Below, in pieces: positions 24,152-35,484 of a DNA stretch of 64,000 nucleotides. The notes under the pieces are model-generated. The model worked only from the letters and a program-made list of their open reading frames with translations. It ran no database searches and was not told the origin of the DNA. The stretch lies in assembly GCA_051313645.2 (NCBI GenBank), contig JBNRSN020000009.1, positions 160,332,001 through 160,396,000 on the forward strand, written 5' to 3'. The DNA comes from Centroscyllium fabricii. Its lineage: Eukaryota. The position numbers and the translations under genes were made by a program. How positions within the stretch are numbered: position 1 is the first letter of the stretch; every line of letters begins with the position of its first letter.

Positions 24152-24741
24152 CAATCCCGCCTCAACGGCCCAATGAGTCTCATTATACCGTATTGACATT
24201 TTACTCCGTCGATTTCTCTCGTTATGCCTCAAGCCAATATCACTTCTGCCGCTTAGCCATCCCCTGTTTACCACATAAGCATTTTCACAGGCGCGCGGAC
24301 ACCTGCGTTTTTCTTCTCTCTCCTGTGCCCCGTGTTCGGTTCATCTGGAATATCTTCCCGTTTTGATGAAAGGTCATCGACAGGAAAGCTCAACTCTATT
24401 CCTCCCTCCGCAGGCAGAGAGCTCAGTCCCAGGAGGCTGGCCTCACCCCGGCATGTCGCTGGCTTCATTCCCAGTCCGTCCCTCGAGTACTTGACTTCTG
24501 CTGAGTGTTTTCTGCACACGTGCATGAAAAATCTGCTGTGTGTTGCTGGTAAATTCACAGCATCATACAATAATGCAGGACAGAAGGGGCCTTTCGGCCC
24601 TTTGTATTTGTGCCTGCTCTTTGAAAGATCTATCCAATTAGTTCCATTCCTCCCACCCTTTCCCCACTCCCTTGCAAATTCAGCCATTGTGCCCCTTACT
24701 CTCTGGAATTCTCCCTGCCAAGCCACTGTTGCCTTCCTCCC

Positions 24742-25657
24742 AGGGTCACCAACTCAAGTTGGAACGATTCCTGGAAGCTTCATCACATGACCGCCTGCCT
24801 CCAACTGCCCCGCCCCCACAGTGCTGCCATTGGTTGGCCAACACGTCCAACCTGGCGGTGTAACACCTTCCCAAGCCAATTAGAAAGCGAATAGTCTTCT
24901 CATTACCCAATTGGATGATTCAGGACTGTCAATCAAACAGCCCGCCCACCCCCCGCCCGATATTTTTACAGCTAATAAACAAAGAAGTGTTCAAAGAATT
25001 TTTCTTTTTTATTAAAACACAATGGGGGCTAAATTGGTCAGCGCACACTTTGTGGCGCTGACCCGGGCGATGCGCTATTGCTAAAAATGCCGAAATAGGC
25101 CGGCATCGCCCATTACGGGTGGGCAGGCGCTGAATCGGGCAGGCCGCCTTGCACTTGGTGCAAGGCGGCCAAATACCGGGCCATTGGGGCAGCGCTGCAA
25201 GAAGGAGGCCGCAGCGGCGGCCCGCGGAACGGCAGCCCTTCCTCCCCCATTCAAGGGGAGGGGCCTAACGCGGCTGCGGCCAGAGCCCCGCGGGGCCGCC
25301 GAGGGAGCAGGAGCCGGAGAACGAGCCCGGCACTGGAGTGAAGTGCCGGGCTCAGCTGACGAAGGCCTCATCCCACCGGGGGAGGCCGAGGGGGAAGGTG
25401 CTGGTGGTTGGCCAGCAATAAAAATGGCCGACCGCCGCACTTCCCTTTATCAGCTGAATTTAGCGCTGGGCGCTATTCTTAGCGCTAATTCTGTGGCGCC
25501 CGATTAACGCCCATTTTGGGTGCTAACGGGCCAGCGCTAGAGCGTGAATTTTGTGCCCAATTTCTTTTAATTCCCTGATGATTTTTCTCCCGGGTGTTGC
25601 TCGCAGCAGTGTCTTAGAGATTAATCTTTAATTCCTGGAGACTCCAGGGCAACCCTA
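24742..25657 (+). mobile_element. Family A MITE containing a nested GC-rich MITE
   Basis: AGGGTCACCAAC start, ...GGCAACCCT end; same internal motifs as 6940/10847. Confidence 0.7.
25024..25558. mobile_element. GC-rich MITE with a 3-bp TSD (PIF/Harbinger-like)
   Basis: AAT|GGGGGCTAAATT...AATTTTGTGCCC|AAT; related interior at 61878-62545. Confidence 0.75.
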
Positions 25658-25768
25658 CATCCTCCCTAAGTATGCAGATGAAGAGGGGTGGGAGGAGGCT
25701 CGTGTCGAGCATAAACAGCGGCTGGCCCGAAAGGCCCTTTTCTGTGCTGCAGACTTGATGTAATTGTA

Positions 25769-26361
25769 CAGGTTGAGCACCGTTAATTCGGCACGGGCGG
25801 GACTATACCAAAAAAAACGGGAGAATGAAGTCGGCCAGTGCGCGCACCATTCAAAATGGCCGCGCGCATGCGCACAACATTGGAAATGGCCCCCGAGAGT
25901 TTTGATCACCTGCAGTGCAGCTGCAGCCGCCCAGAACCCGCCGTGCAAAGATCCCTCGGCACGGCTCAACAGGCAGACAGGATGGGACTCTCCCCCCACC
26001 CCACCCCACCCCGGCACACAATCATAAATTAAGGCCCAGGCTGCAGGCCCAGCACAGCACTAACAAGTTAATAGAGTGCGGTCCCGGTCCCGGGCAGCGC
26101 TGAGGGAGTGAGGCCGGAGCGAGCGACAGATCCTTACCGTTCGGCGGCGCACGAATGAGGAGGCAAAGGTCGGTCCAGCCTCCGGCGGCCGTTTGAATGA
26201 TCTGCGCATGCGCTCGCCGTTCGGTGGCGCATGCGCAGATCATTCGCCGAAGCATCGACCGCGGCAGCCATTTTGCGCATGCGCAGGACAGTCAGGGCAA
26301 TTTATGCCGGACGACCGAAGTTGCCGGCTTTTTGGTTTCCGGATTAGCGGTGCTTAACCTG
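25769..26361. mobile_element. Tigger/pogo-like MITE (subfamily of 8783, inverted)
   Basis: TA|CAGGTTGAGCACCG...CGGTGCTTAACCTG; interior resembles the reverse complement of 8783-9313. Confidence 0.85.
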
Positions 26362-26559
26362 GATTTCAGAGGAGCCTCAAATCAGAGCCGACAGCTTGTT
26401 CTAACGAAAGGCTTTTATTTACAAAGAACTGAACCTAGTCTGCGAACAACCTTCTCTCCTCCTCTCCTATCGGCCCCAACTCAGATAGAGGTCTGATTCC
26501 ATGGGTACCATGCGACCTTTGGTACCTTTCCCCCGTGAACCATTCTTCAAGTGTGAGCC

Positions 26560-26925
26560 CAGGCGGTGACTGTCAGCAGGTTGTGTGGGTCAGCTTGGCT
26601 CGGATGGATGCTCTCTCACCTCTGGAGTCAAACGCCACAACAGGATTCCAGCTGGCTATTAAAACCGATGTTCCGGTGCGGCGCTGAGGGAGTGATGTGT
26701 TGTTGGAGGGGTCATTGCCCTGGGTCAATATCCCTCAACCAACATCACTGAAACAGATGATCTGGCCTTTATCACATTGCTGTTTGTGGGAGCTTGCTGT
26801 GTGCAAATTGGCTGCCGTGTTTCCTACATTACAACAGTGACGACACTCCAAAATTACTTCATTGGCTGCAAAGCGCTTTGGGTGTCCTGATGTTGTGACA
26901 GGTGCGGTATAAAAACAAGTCTTTC
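26560..26925 (+). mobile_element. Deu-domain SINE
   Basis: Deu core motif at 26770-26920. Confidence 0.75.
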
Positions 26926-27050
26926 TGAAGAAGGGTTTCGACCTGAAACGTTAACTCTGTTTCTCTCTCCACCGATGCTGCCTGGCCTGCTGAGTTTTTC
27001 CAGCATTTTCTGTTGTTATTTTGGATTTCCAACAGCCGCAGTATTTTGCC
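26925..27050 (+). mobile_element. Penelope pLTR fragment with a hammerhead-like core
   Basis: CTGAAGA-agggt-ttcg-acct-GAAACGTT followed by the pLTR sequence also seen at 12680-12750 and 49770-49870. Confidence 0.7.
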
Positions 27051-27079
27051 ATCGTCTTTCTTTCTTCAGATGTCATAAC

Positions 27080-27675
27080 AACATAAGAACATAAGAAATA
27101 GGAGCAGAAGTCGGCCAATCGGCCCCTCGAGCCTGCTCTGCCATTCAATGAGATCATGGCTGATCTGATCCTAACCTCAATTTTATTTTTACTCTCCATC
27201 CCGCCCAAACCCATGTGATTACCCGGGAGAGGCGAAAAACCAGATAAAAAACCCAGTGGCCAATTTGGGAGAAAAAATCTGGGAAATTCCTCTCCGACCC
27301 ATCTAGGCGATCGAAAACTGGTCCAGGAGATCACATGGCCGATCTGAACCTAGTCATGTCCACTTACCTGCCCGCTCACCATAACCCCTAATTCCCTTTA
27401 CCTCCAAGAAACTGTCTATCTCAGTTTTAAATTTATTCAATGTAGTAACTTCCACAGCTCTCTGGGGCAGCGAATTCCACAGCCCCACCACCCTCCGAGT
27501 GAAGAAGTTTCTCCTCATCTCAGTTTTGAAATGGCAGCCCCTTATTTTAAGATCATGCCCCCTAGTCCTAGTTTCACCCACCATGGGAACATCCTCACCG
27601 CATCCACCCGATCAAGCCCTCTCACAATCTTATATGTTTCAATAAGATCGCCTCTCATTCTTCTGAACTCCAATG
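27080..27675 (-). mobile_element. CR1 LINE 3' fragment with an extended 3' UTR
   Basis: ORF 27354-27584; (ttcttatg)n tail; sister copy at 43447-44315. Confidence 0.85.
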
Positions 27676-28009
27676 ACGCATTAACCTGACGCCGTGTCTG
27701 GCTATTCAGCGAATATTAAATTCCCTTGGCTCTTTTTGAAGAAGAGCAGGACATTCTCGTGGTGCCCTGGCCGAACTCCCTCCCTCAACCAGTATCAATA
27801 CGCCTTTAATACAGGAGCGTTATAAAACAAACTTTGACACCAGGCCACATAAGGAGATGTTAGGGCAGGTGACCAAAAGCTTGCTCAAAGAGGTCAGTTT
27901 TAAGCAGCGTCGTAAAGGGAGGAAAGAGAGGTAGAGAGGCGGAGAGTGTTACAGTCCTCACCGCCTACAGTGGGCGCATTGGTGTTAACGTGATTTGCCC
28001 GTGATAAAT

Positions 28010-28381
28010 ATGGACGATGCAAGTGGTGATGACAGTACAGATACAGGATCAAGCTTGACTGATATGCTGCCACATGATGGGAATATAATACATGCATTCA
28101 ATTTTAATGATGTGATAGTGCGTGCTAGGTTTTACGAAGCTATAAATATATATATTGGGCGAGGGGAGGACAACATAACAGCTGGGCCCGATTGTGCCCT
28201 CACTCGCACATATGGATTTTTCAACAGGAGCCACTGTTTAGCAATCAGGAGTGGGAACTCAGACAAAGTCGCCCCTCTTTTCCTAGCCCAGAACCACTGC
28301 AGATCTAGGCCCCTACAGGATGAAATCAGACAACTCAACACAGAAGAGGGAGGTCAAATCTGGCATCTTCCTGGTCTGTAG
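28010..28381 (+). CDS. Orphan 123-aa ORF of unknown function
   Basis: aaatATGG start context, uninterrupted non-repetitive frame, ends TAGTAG; no family recognised. Confidence 0.3.
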   Translation: MDDASGDDSTDTGSSLTDMLPHDGNIIHAFNFNDVIVRARFYEAINIYIGRGEDNITAGPDCALTRTYGFFNRSHCLAIRSGNSDKVAPLFLAQNHCRSRPLQDEIRQLNTEEGGQIWHLPGL

Positions 28382-28391
28382 TAGAATCTGT

Positions 28392-28800
28392 GGGTGGCAC
28401 GGTGGCACAGTGGTTAGCACTGTCGCCTTACAGCACTAGAGACCCGGGTTCAAATCCAGCCTCGGGTGACTATCTGTGTGGAGTTTGCACATTCTCCCCG
28501 TGTCTGCGTGGGTTTCCTCCGGGTGCTCCGGTTTCCTCCCACAGTCCAAAGGTGTGCAGGTTAGGTTGATTGGCCATAATAAATTGACCCTTAGTGTTAG
28601 GGGGATTGAATATGTGGGGTTACGGGGATTGGGTTGGATATGTGTCGGTGCAGGCTCGATAGGGATATGGGGACAAGGCAGGGACACGGTGCTGGGTTTG
28701 GATGATCAGCCATGATCTCATTGAATGGCGGAGCAGGTTCGAAGGGCCGAATGGCCTACTCCTGCTCCTATCTTCTATGTTTCTATGTTTTTCTATGTCT
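28392..28800 (+). mobile_element. V-SINE, full length
   Basis: Head, V-domain and tail present. Confidence 0.9.
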
Positions 28801-29490
28801 TGGGCCAGGGATTCCCAGGCGCGCGGTAGAACACACCCCGGGGCCCGGAGCGCGCGGTGGAACACACCCCGGGGCTCGGAGCGCGCGGTAGAACACTCCC
28901 CGGGGCTCGGAGCGCGTGGTAGAACACTCCCCGGGGCTCGGAGCAAGCGGTAGAACACTCCCCGGGGCTCGGAGCGTGCGGTAGAACACTCCCCGGGGCT
29001 CGGAGCACGCGGTAGAACACTCCCCGGGGCTCGGAGCGCGCGGTAGAACACTCCCCAGGGCTCGGAGCGCGCGGTAGAACACTCCCCGGGGCTCGGAGCA
29101 TGCGGTAGAACACTCCCCGGGGCTCGGAGCGCGCGGTAGAACACTCCCGGGGCTCGGAGCGCGCAGGTAGAACACTCCCCGGGTCCCGGAGCCCGTGGTA
29201 GAACACACCCCGGGGCCCGGAGCGCGTGGTAGAACATTCCCCGGGGCTCGGAGCGTGCGGTAGAACACACCCCGGGGCCCGGAGCACGCGGTAGAACACT
29301 CCCCGGGAGGGAGTCTGGGGATAAAACAGAAACCCAAATGCCCGACGCCGTCGACGCTTGCTCACCCATCGCAGGAAACGGCGGCGCTGCTGAGCGGCTG
29401 CTCCGCAAACTGAAGACCGCCGGTTTCCAATCGTACCGGACCACTGAAGCTGCTGGATCATCGGGTGCCGGATTACCGGTGCTCAACCTG
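28801..29490 (-). mobile_element. Tigger/pogo-like MITE, one end lost, with an expanded 31-bp VNTR
   Basis: Right end CGGTGCTCAACCTG|TA; about 16 copies of gcgcggtagaacactccccggggctcggagc at 28810-29310. Confidence 0.88.
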
Positions 29491-30204
29491 TATTTATCCA
29501 ATTCCCTTTTGAAAGTTACTATTGAATCTGCTTCCACTGCCCTTTCAAGCAGCGCATTCCAGATCATTGTATCTCACTGCATTAAAAAAAAATGCTCATC
29601 TCACCCCCTTGTTCTTTTGCCATTCATCTGAATAGCTCAAGACCTATACCACACAGTTCATCGGCATCAGTGGAGCCCTCATCAACAACTTGAATAAACA
29701 TAAACAGATAAAAATCTAAAAACGATATTGTTTCTTGGAGGGTGCCTGCCCCTTTAAACAAGCGTTGATATTTGCGTCAGTTCTAATCCCTCATGAAATT
29801 ACTTGCGGTAAGATTACTCTTCCCCAAAGCAGCTTAAGTTGTATGTTTAGTACAAAGCAATCCCACTTAATCCTGTAGCCTGGGTCAGCTGCCTTCTATA
29901 AAGGCTTTCATATCTATTTGAATGTCCCAATGATCATAACTGATCTTCAAGTCATGAGCCGAAAATTTATTCTGGTGACATTAACAAGCGAGGGGTTAAT
30001 AATTTTGTGTGTCAGCCTGCTCTGCTAAATTTCTTTTAAATAGATTAAGGGCCCTCCGGAAGAATGTCACGTGACTTGCGCCTGCGAGTGTTACCAACAG
30101 TAATCTCCAGACTCTGGTTCTTACATCAACAATGGGTTCCGAAAATAAGAGACCGACAGAATGCTGGAAGATAATGAAATGAATTCCCAGATGGCTCACC
30201 CTTG

Positions 30205-30700
30205 CGTTCCAATCCCTCCACAGCCTCACCCCCCTCCCAATCTCTGTAACCTTCTCCAGCTCTACAACCTGACAAGATCTCTGCGCTCCTCCAATTCTGG
30301 CCTCTCGTGCACCCCGATCTTCTTCACTCCACCATTGGCGGCCGTGCCTTCGGCTGCCCGGGCTCCAAGCTCTGGAATTCCCTCCCTAACGCTCTCCGCC
30401 ACTCATAGAACACGATGGCACAGAAGGAGGCCATCGTGTCTGCACCGGCCGAAAAATAGCTATCCAGCCTAATCCCACTTTCCAGCTCTTGGTCTGTAAG
30501 GGCTGTAGGTTACGGCACTTCAAGTGCATATCCAAGTACTTTTTACCCCCTTTAAGTCGCTCCTTAAAACTTGCGTCTTTGATCACCTGTCGTAATATCT
30601 CTATTTGTCTCGGTGTCAAATTTTGCCCGATAACGCTCCTGTGAAGCGTCTTGGGACGTTTTACTATGTCAAAGGCGCGATATAAACACAAGTTGTTGTT
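30205..30700 (+). mobile_element. L2-clade LINE 3' fragment with an inserted CR1 tail
   Basis: LRSSNSGL...AVPS...LWNSLP-type region; reverse CR1 tail at about 30405-30545. Confidence 0.7.
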
Positions 30701-30834
30701 GCACAGTGTGATAAAGCATCAGTGAGTATCTCAGAGCAGCAGGCAATCTCCCATGATGAGTCTTCAATTACAATCTTCCAGGGTAGTCCACGATTGCCAC
30801 ATGCCCTCCAGTACCTCCCTCAAGTCACCAGGAG

Positions 30835-31825
30835 CAGGTCAGAGGCTGGGTATTCTGCGGCAAGTGTCTCACCTCCTGACTCCCCAAAGCCCTTCCACCA
30901 TCTACAAGGCACAAGTCAGGAGTGTGATGAATACTCTCCACTTGCCTGGATGAGTGCAGCTCCAACAACACTCAAGAAGCTCGACACCATCCAGGACAAA
31001 GCAGCCCGCTTGATTGGCACTCCATCCACCACCTTAAACATTCATTCCCTCCACCACCGGCGCACTGTGGCTGCAGTGTGGACCATCTACAAGATGCACT
31101 GCGGCAACTCGCCAAGGCTTCTTCGGCAGCACCTCCCAAACCCGCGACCTCTACCACCTTCAAGGACAAGGGCAGCAGACACATGGGAACACCGCCACCT
31201 CCAAGTTCCCCTCCAAGTCACACACCATCCTGACTTGGACCTGTTTCGGCCGTTCCTTCATCACGGCACGGTGGCGCAGTGGTTAGCACTGCTGCCTCGC
31301 AATAAGGAGCTCCTGGGTTCAAATCGTGCTTGGCCCGGGGACACTCTGCGTGGAGTTTGCATGTTCTCCCCGTGTTCATGTGGGTTTCCTCCGGGTACTC
31401 CGGTTTCCTCCCCCCACCCAAAGACATGCAGGTTAGGTGAATTGGAGATACTAAAAATTGCCCATGAGTATGTGTATGAGATATAGTTCTTAGAGTTGGG
31501 GGTGTCGGGGGATATGGGGAGAGGCTAGGAGGGGGGTGCTGGGTTTGGATGATCAGCCATGATCTCATCAAAATGGCAGAGCAGGCTCGAAGAGCCGAAT
31601 GGCCTACTCCTGCTCCTATCTTCTGTGTTTCTGTGTGTTCATCGTCGTTGGGTCAAAATCCTGGAACTCCCTCCCTAACAGCACTGTGGGAGCACCTTCA
31701 CCACACGATCTTCAGTGGTTCAAGAAGGCGGCTCACCACCACCTTCTCAAGGGCAATTACGGCTGGGCAATAAATGCTGGCTTTGCCAGCAATGCCCACA
31801 TCCCAGGAACGAATATTAAAAAAAA
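30835..31825 (+). mobile_element. LINE 3' part (same lineage as 21315-22365), interrupted by a SINE
   Basis: EYSPLAWMSAAPTTLKKLDTIQDKAARLI peptide. Confidence 0.85.
31263..31637 (+). mobile_element. V-SINE subtype 2
   Basis: Same body as the 1548 copy; TTCATC duplicated at the flanks. Confidence 0.9.
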
Positions 31826-32379
31826 TATTCTTCATACAAGAGACTGACCAGTGAAAATTCGCAGGCATCACAGACAAGCCAAATCTGGCAATCAGGAGCG
31901 GAATCGGGAAGCACTTTGCCACACAAAGTGCAGTGGGAATCTGGAACTCTCTCCCCCAAAAGGCTGTGGGATACTGGGACAATTGAAATTTCAAAGCAGA
32001 GATCGGTAGATCTTCGTTCGGTGAGGGTATCAATGGAGCTAAGTCGGGTAAATGGAATGGAGGGACAGATCAGCCTTGACTGGCTGAACAGGCTCGAGGG
32101 GCTGAATGGCCTCCTTCTGTTCCTATGTGGGGAGCTGTTGAACGGCACGGACAGGAGCATTGCAGTCTTTGTCCTCAGGCTGCTGATCTGCACTAATCCC
32201 GTCATTAATGGCAGTAAGCAGATCAATCTTGTGTTAACGCTATCAATCCATCTTGTCAAGTTACCTTTAACAGTAGCACATTTGCATTTTAGTAGCACGT
32301 TATCACATCAAACATAATTGTGTCAGTGATTTGAGGTGTTTTAAAGTGCGGTTATATCAGCAAATGCTGCAGCCATTGT

Positions 32380-32766
32380 CAGGGCCGGCCTTAGGCCAAT
32401 TGAACCTATTTGACCCAATGGGGCCCCGCCCCACAGGGGGCCCCGCACCCATTACTTGAAAGTCCACACTCAAAACCCTAACTAACATCTTCAAACCAAA
32501 CCTGTGTCTTATTCTTTTGAGTTGCAAAAAGGCACCAATCAATAATTAGTCTAGGGCTAGAAATGCAGGCATGGAGCAGTCATGTACAACATGACTAATT
32601 ATAGCAACCTTGAAGGAGATCTGGATCACTTTACTTTCACATTGATGCTAAGGTATCATGCTGGGCACGGACTTGAGTTTAGCCAGCCCTGTGTGATACG
32701 TAATATCATACTGCTTAGGTTCCACCCTGGTCCAAATTGTGCCCCGCAATTGCTAAGGCCGGCCTG
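32380..32766 (-). mobile_element. hAT-type MITE (family B)
   Basis: TIR CAGGGCCGGCCTTAG; perfect 8-bp TSD GCCATTGT. Confidence 0.92.
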
Positions 32767-32842
32767 GCCATTGTGACCCAACAACAGCCACGAGATGAAT
32801 GGCCAGTCCATTTGTTTTTAGATGCGACTGGTTGAGGGAATG

Positions 32843-33355
32843 ATGTGGAGGTGCCGGTGTTGGTCTGAGGTGGACAAATGTAAGAAGTCACACAACACCA
32901 GGTTATAGTCCAACAGTTTTATTTGAAATCACAAGCTTTCGGAGCGCTGCTCCTTCGTCAGGTGAAGTGAAGAGATGCACATAGGCACAGCATATAATAG
33001 TCAGAGAACAATGCTAGATGATTACAGGTAATTTTTCTAACTGCCCTTTATCACACCTCGGCAGAAAGATAATCACCGCAATCAAAGGTGTAAATGGTGT
33101 CCAAACAGGTCAGTCAGCAAAGCATTCCATCAAAGAACAATGAGGTGGGGTCACAAGAGGTCAAATGTTGCACATGTTGTATGAAAAATAAAAAAGCAAA
33201 CAAAGCAATAAACGATAAAATGAAATAAAAATGTTTTGCTGGAAATCACAGCAGGTCCAGCCGCATCTGTGTAGAGAGAACAAGCCAACGACGACTCGAG
33301 TCTGGATGGCTCTACGTCAGGTGGGGTTACATGTAGCGTGACATGAAGCTAAGAT
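32843..33355 (-). mobile_element. Penelope-like terminal fragment(s)
   Basis: The minus strand reads hammerhead core, then AATAAA, then 'gttggactataacctggtgttgtgtgac'. Confidence 0.7.
32929..32965 (-). ncRNA. Minimal type-I hammerhead ribozyme motif (Penelope-associated)
   Basis: Minus strand: tcac-CTGACGA-a-ggagc-agc-gctcc-GAAA-gctt-gtga. Stem I is tcac/gtga, stem II is ggagc/gctcc, and the stem III region is the palindrome AAGCTT. Confidence 0.7.
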
Positions 33356-33760
33356 GGTTGAGGGAAGAATGTGGGGCAGAACTGCTCCTCGTCTTCAAAT
33401 GGTGTCATAGAGCATTTAACAACCACATGAATAGGCTGGAAAGCTTTGGGTTGTAACCTCTGGCGTGAAGACCCTTCAACAGTGCAGCGGAACGTCAGTA
33501 CAGCAATCGACTGCTCGGCCTAGATTATGAGCTCAAACTGTGGGAAAATGCTTGAGCCCACAAACTTCCCACCCAGGTGCGAGTTCACTCCTGCATCTGC
33601 AGCCAGGAAGGCCACTGCTAGAGTAAAGAGCGGCAGCCGGCAGGAGCTGGATCTTGGACCTGTAGCGGGGTTGAGTTGAGACGAGGGGGAGGGGGGGCTG
33701 CTACTTAACGGAGGAGGGTGGGGGGGGAAAGGCAACTTTTGAAAGGTGTGAAGACAACTA

Positions 33761-34100
33761 CAGGTTGAGCACCGGTAATCCGGCACCTGATGGTCCGGCA
33801 CCTTCAGTGGTCCGGCATGATTGGAAACCGGCGCTCTTCATTTTGCGGAGCAGCCGCTTGGCAGCGCCACCGTTTCCCCCGAAGGGTGAGTGAGCGCTGA
33901 AGGCGTCGGGTGATTGGGTTTCTTTTTTTTAGGGCTTGTCAGTTTTCTATCCCCGGGCTCCCTCCCGGGGAGTGTTCTACCCGCGCGCTCCAAACCCCAG
34001 GGAGTGTTCTGTCGCGTGCTCTGCCCAAACCTTCAGTGGTTTGGAATTTTCAGTGGTCCAGCCTGGTCCAGAGGGTGCCGGATTACCGGTGCTCAACCTG
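33761..34100. mobile_element. Tigger/pogo-like MITE
   Basis: TA|CAGGTTGAGCACCGGTAATCCGGCACC...|TA. Confidence 0.92.
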
Positions 34101-34169
34101 TACCAATTTATTGCCTGCACTACTGAATGACATCATAATAGTTATGTGGAAATGTAGATTGTAAATTTA

Positions 34170-34565
34170 AAACATAGAAGATAGGAGCAGGAGTCGGCCA
34201 TTCAGCCCTTCGAGCCTGCTCTGCCATTCAATGAGATCATGGCTGATCATCCAAACCCAGTAGCCCATCCCTGCCTTCTCCCCATATCCCTCGATCCCTA
34301 TCGAGCCTGCACCAACACATATCCCACCCTATCTCCGTAACCCCACATATTCAATCCCCCGAACACTAAGGGTCAATTTATCATGGCCAATCAACCTAAC
34401 CCGCACATCTTTGGACTGTGGGAGGAAACCGGAGCACCCGGAGGAAACCCACGCAGGCACGGGGAGAATGTGCAAACTCCACACAGATAGTCACCCGAGG
34501 CCAGATTTGAACCCGGGCCCCTAGCGCTGTGAGGCAACAGTGCTAACCACTATGCCACCGTGCCT
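34170..34565 (-). mobile_element. V-SINE subtype 1
   Basis: Full reverse copy. Confidence 0.9.
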
Positions 34566-34825
34566 TGGACACTGCCCTGAGGAACTCCTGCAGCGATGAT
34601 TGACCTTCAATCACCACAACCATCTTCCCTTGTGCTCGGTATGACTCCAGCCAGTGCAGTGTTTTCTCCCTGATTCCCATTGACTTCAGTTTTAATCGGG
34701 CTCCTTGATGCCAGACTCGGTCAAATGCTGCCTTGATGTCAAGGGCAGTCAATCTCACCTCACCTCTGGAATTCAGCTCCTTTGTCCATGTAATGAGGTC
34801 GGGTGCTGACTGGTCTTGGCGGAAT
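34566..34825 (-). mobile_element. LINE RT fragment
   Basis: LTALDIKAAFDRVWHQG peptide. Confidence 0.75.
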
Positions 34826-35071
34826 ATATATTTATATATATATATCTTTCGGATGAGACATTAAACCGAGCTCCCAGTTGCCCTTTCAGGTGGATGTAAA
34901 AGGTCCCATGGAACTATCGCGAAGAGCAGGGGCATTTTCCCCGTTGTCCTGGCCAACATTACTAAAGCAGGTTATCTGGTCATTATCACATTGCTACTTG
35001 TGGGAGCTTGCTGTGCGCAAATTGGCTGCCCCGTTTCCTACATTACAACAGTGACCACACTTCAAAAAATA

Positions 35072-35484
35072 CAGGTTGAGCACCGGTAATCCGGCACCCG
35101 ATGGTCCGGCAGCTTCAGTGGTCCGGTACGATTGGAAACCGGCGCTCTTCATTTTGTGGAGCAGCCGCTCGGTCGCGCCACCGTTTCCCGCGAAGGGTGA
35201 GCGAGTGCCGGGCGCTTGGGTTTCTGTTGTTTTGGGTTTCTGTTTTTTTAGGTTCTCTAAGTGTTCTATCCCCGGGACCCTCCCAGGGAGTGTTCGACCC
35301 CGCGCTCTGGGCCCCGGGAAGTGTTCTACCGTGGGCTCTGGGCGCCGGGGAGTGTTCTACCGCGCGCTCTGGCCCTGGGTAAAGTTCTACCCGCGTGCTC
35401 CCCCGAACCTTCAGTGGTTCGGAATTTTCAGTGGTCCGGCACCGGCCTGGTCCCGAGGGTGTCGGATTAACGGTGCTCAACCTG
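35072..35484. mobile_element. Tigger/pogo-like MITE inserted in a Deu-SINE
   Basis: Same TIRs; flanks TA/TG; the Deu-SINE 'ttcaaaaa.ta|cttcatt' is interrupted. Confidence 0.88.

Noticed and set aside
25080-25450. CpG-island promoter candidates (also 62000-62480)
   Set aside because: Both are interiors of the same dispersed GC-rich MITE family.
28620-29567. Long repetitive ORFs (315, 222 and 184 aa)
   Set aside because: Produced by the stop-poor 31-bp VNTR.
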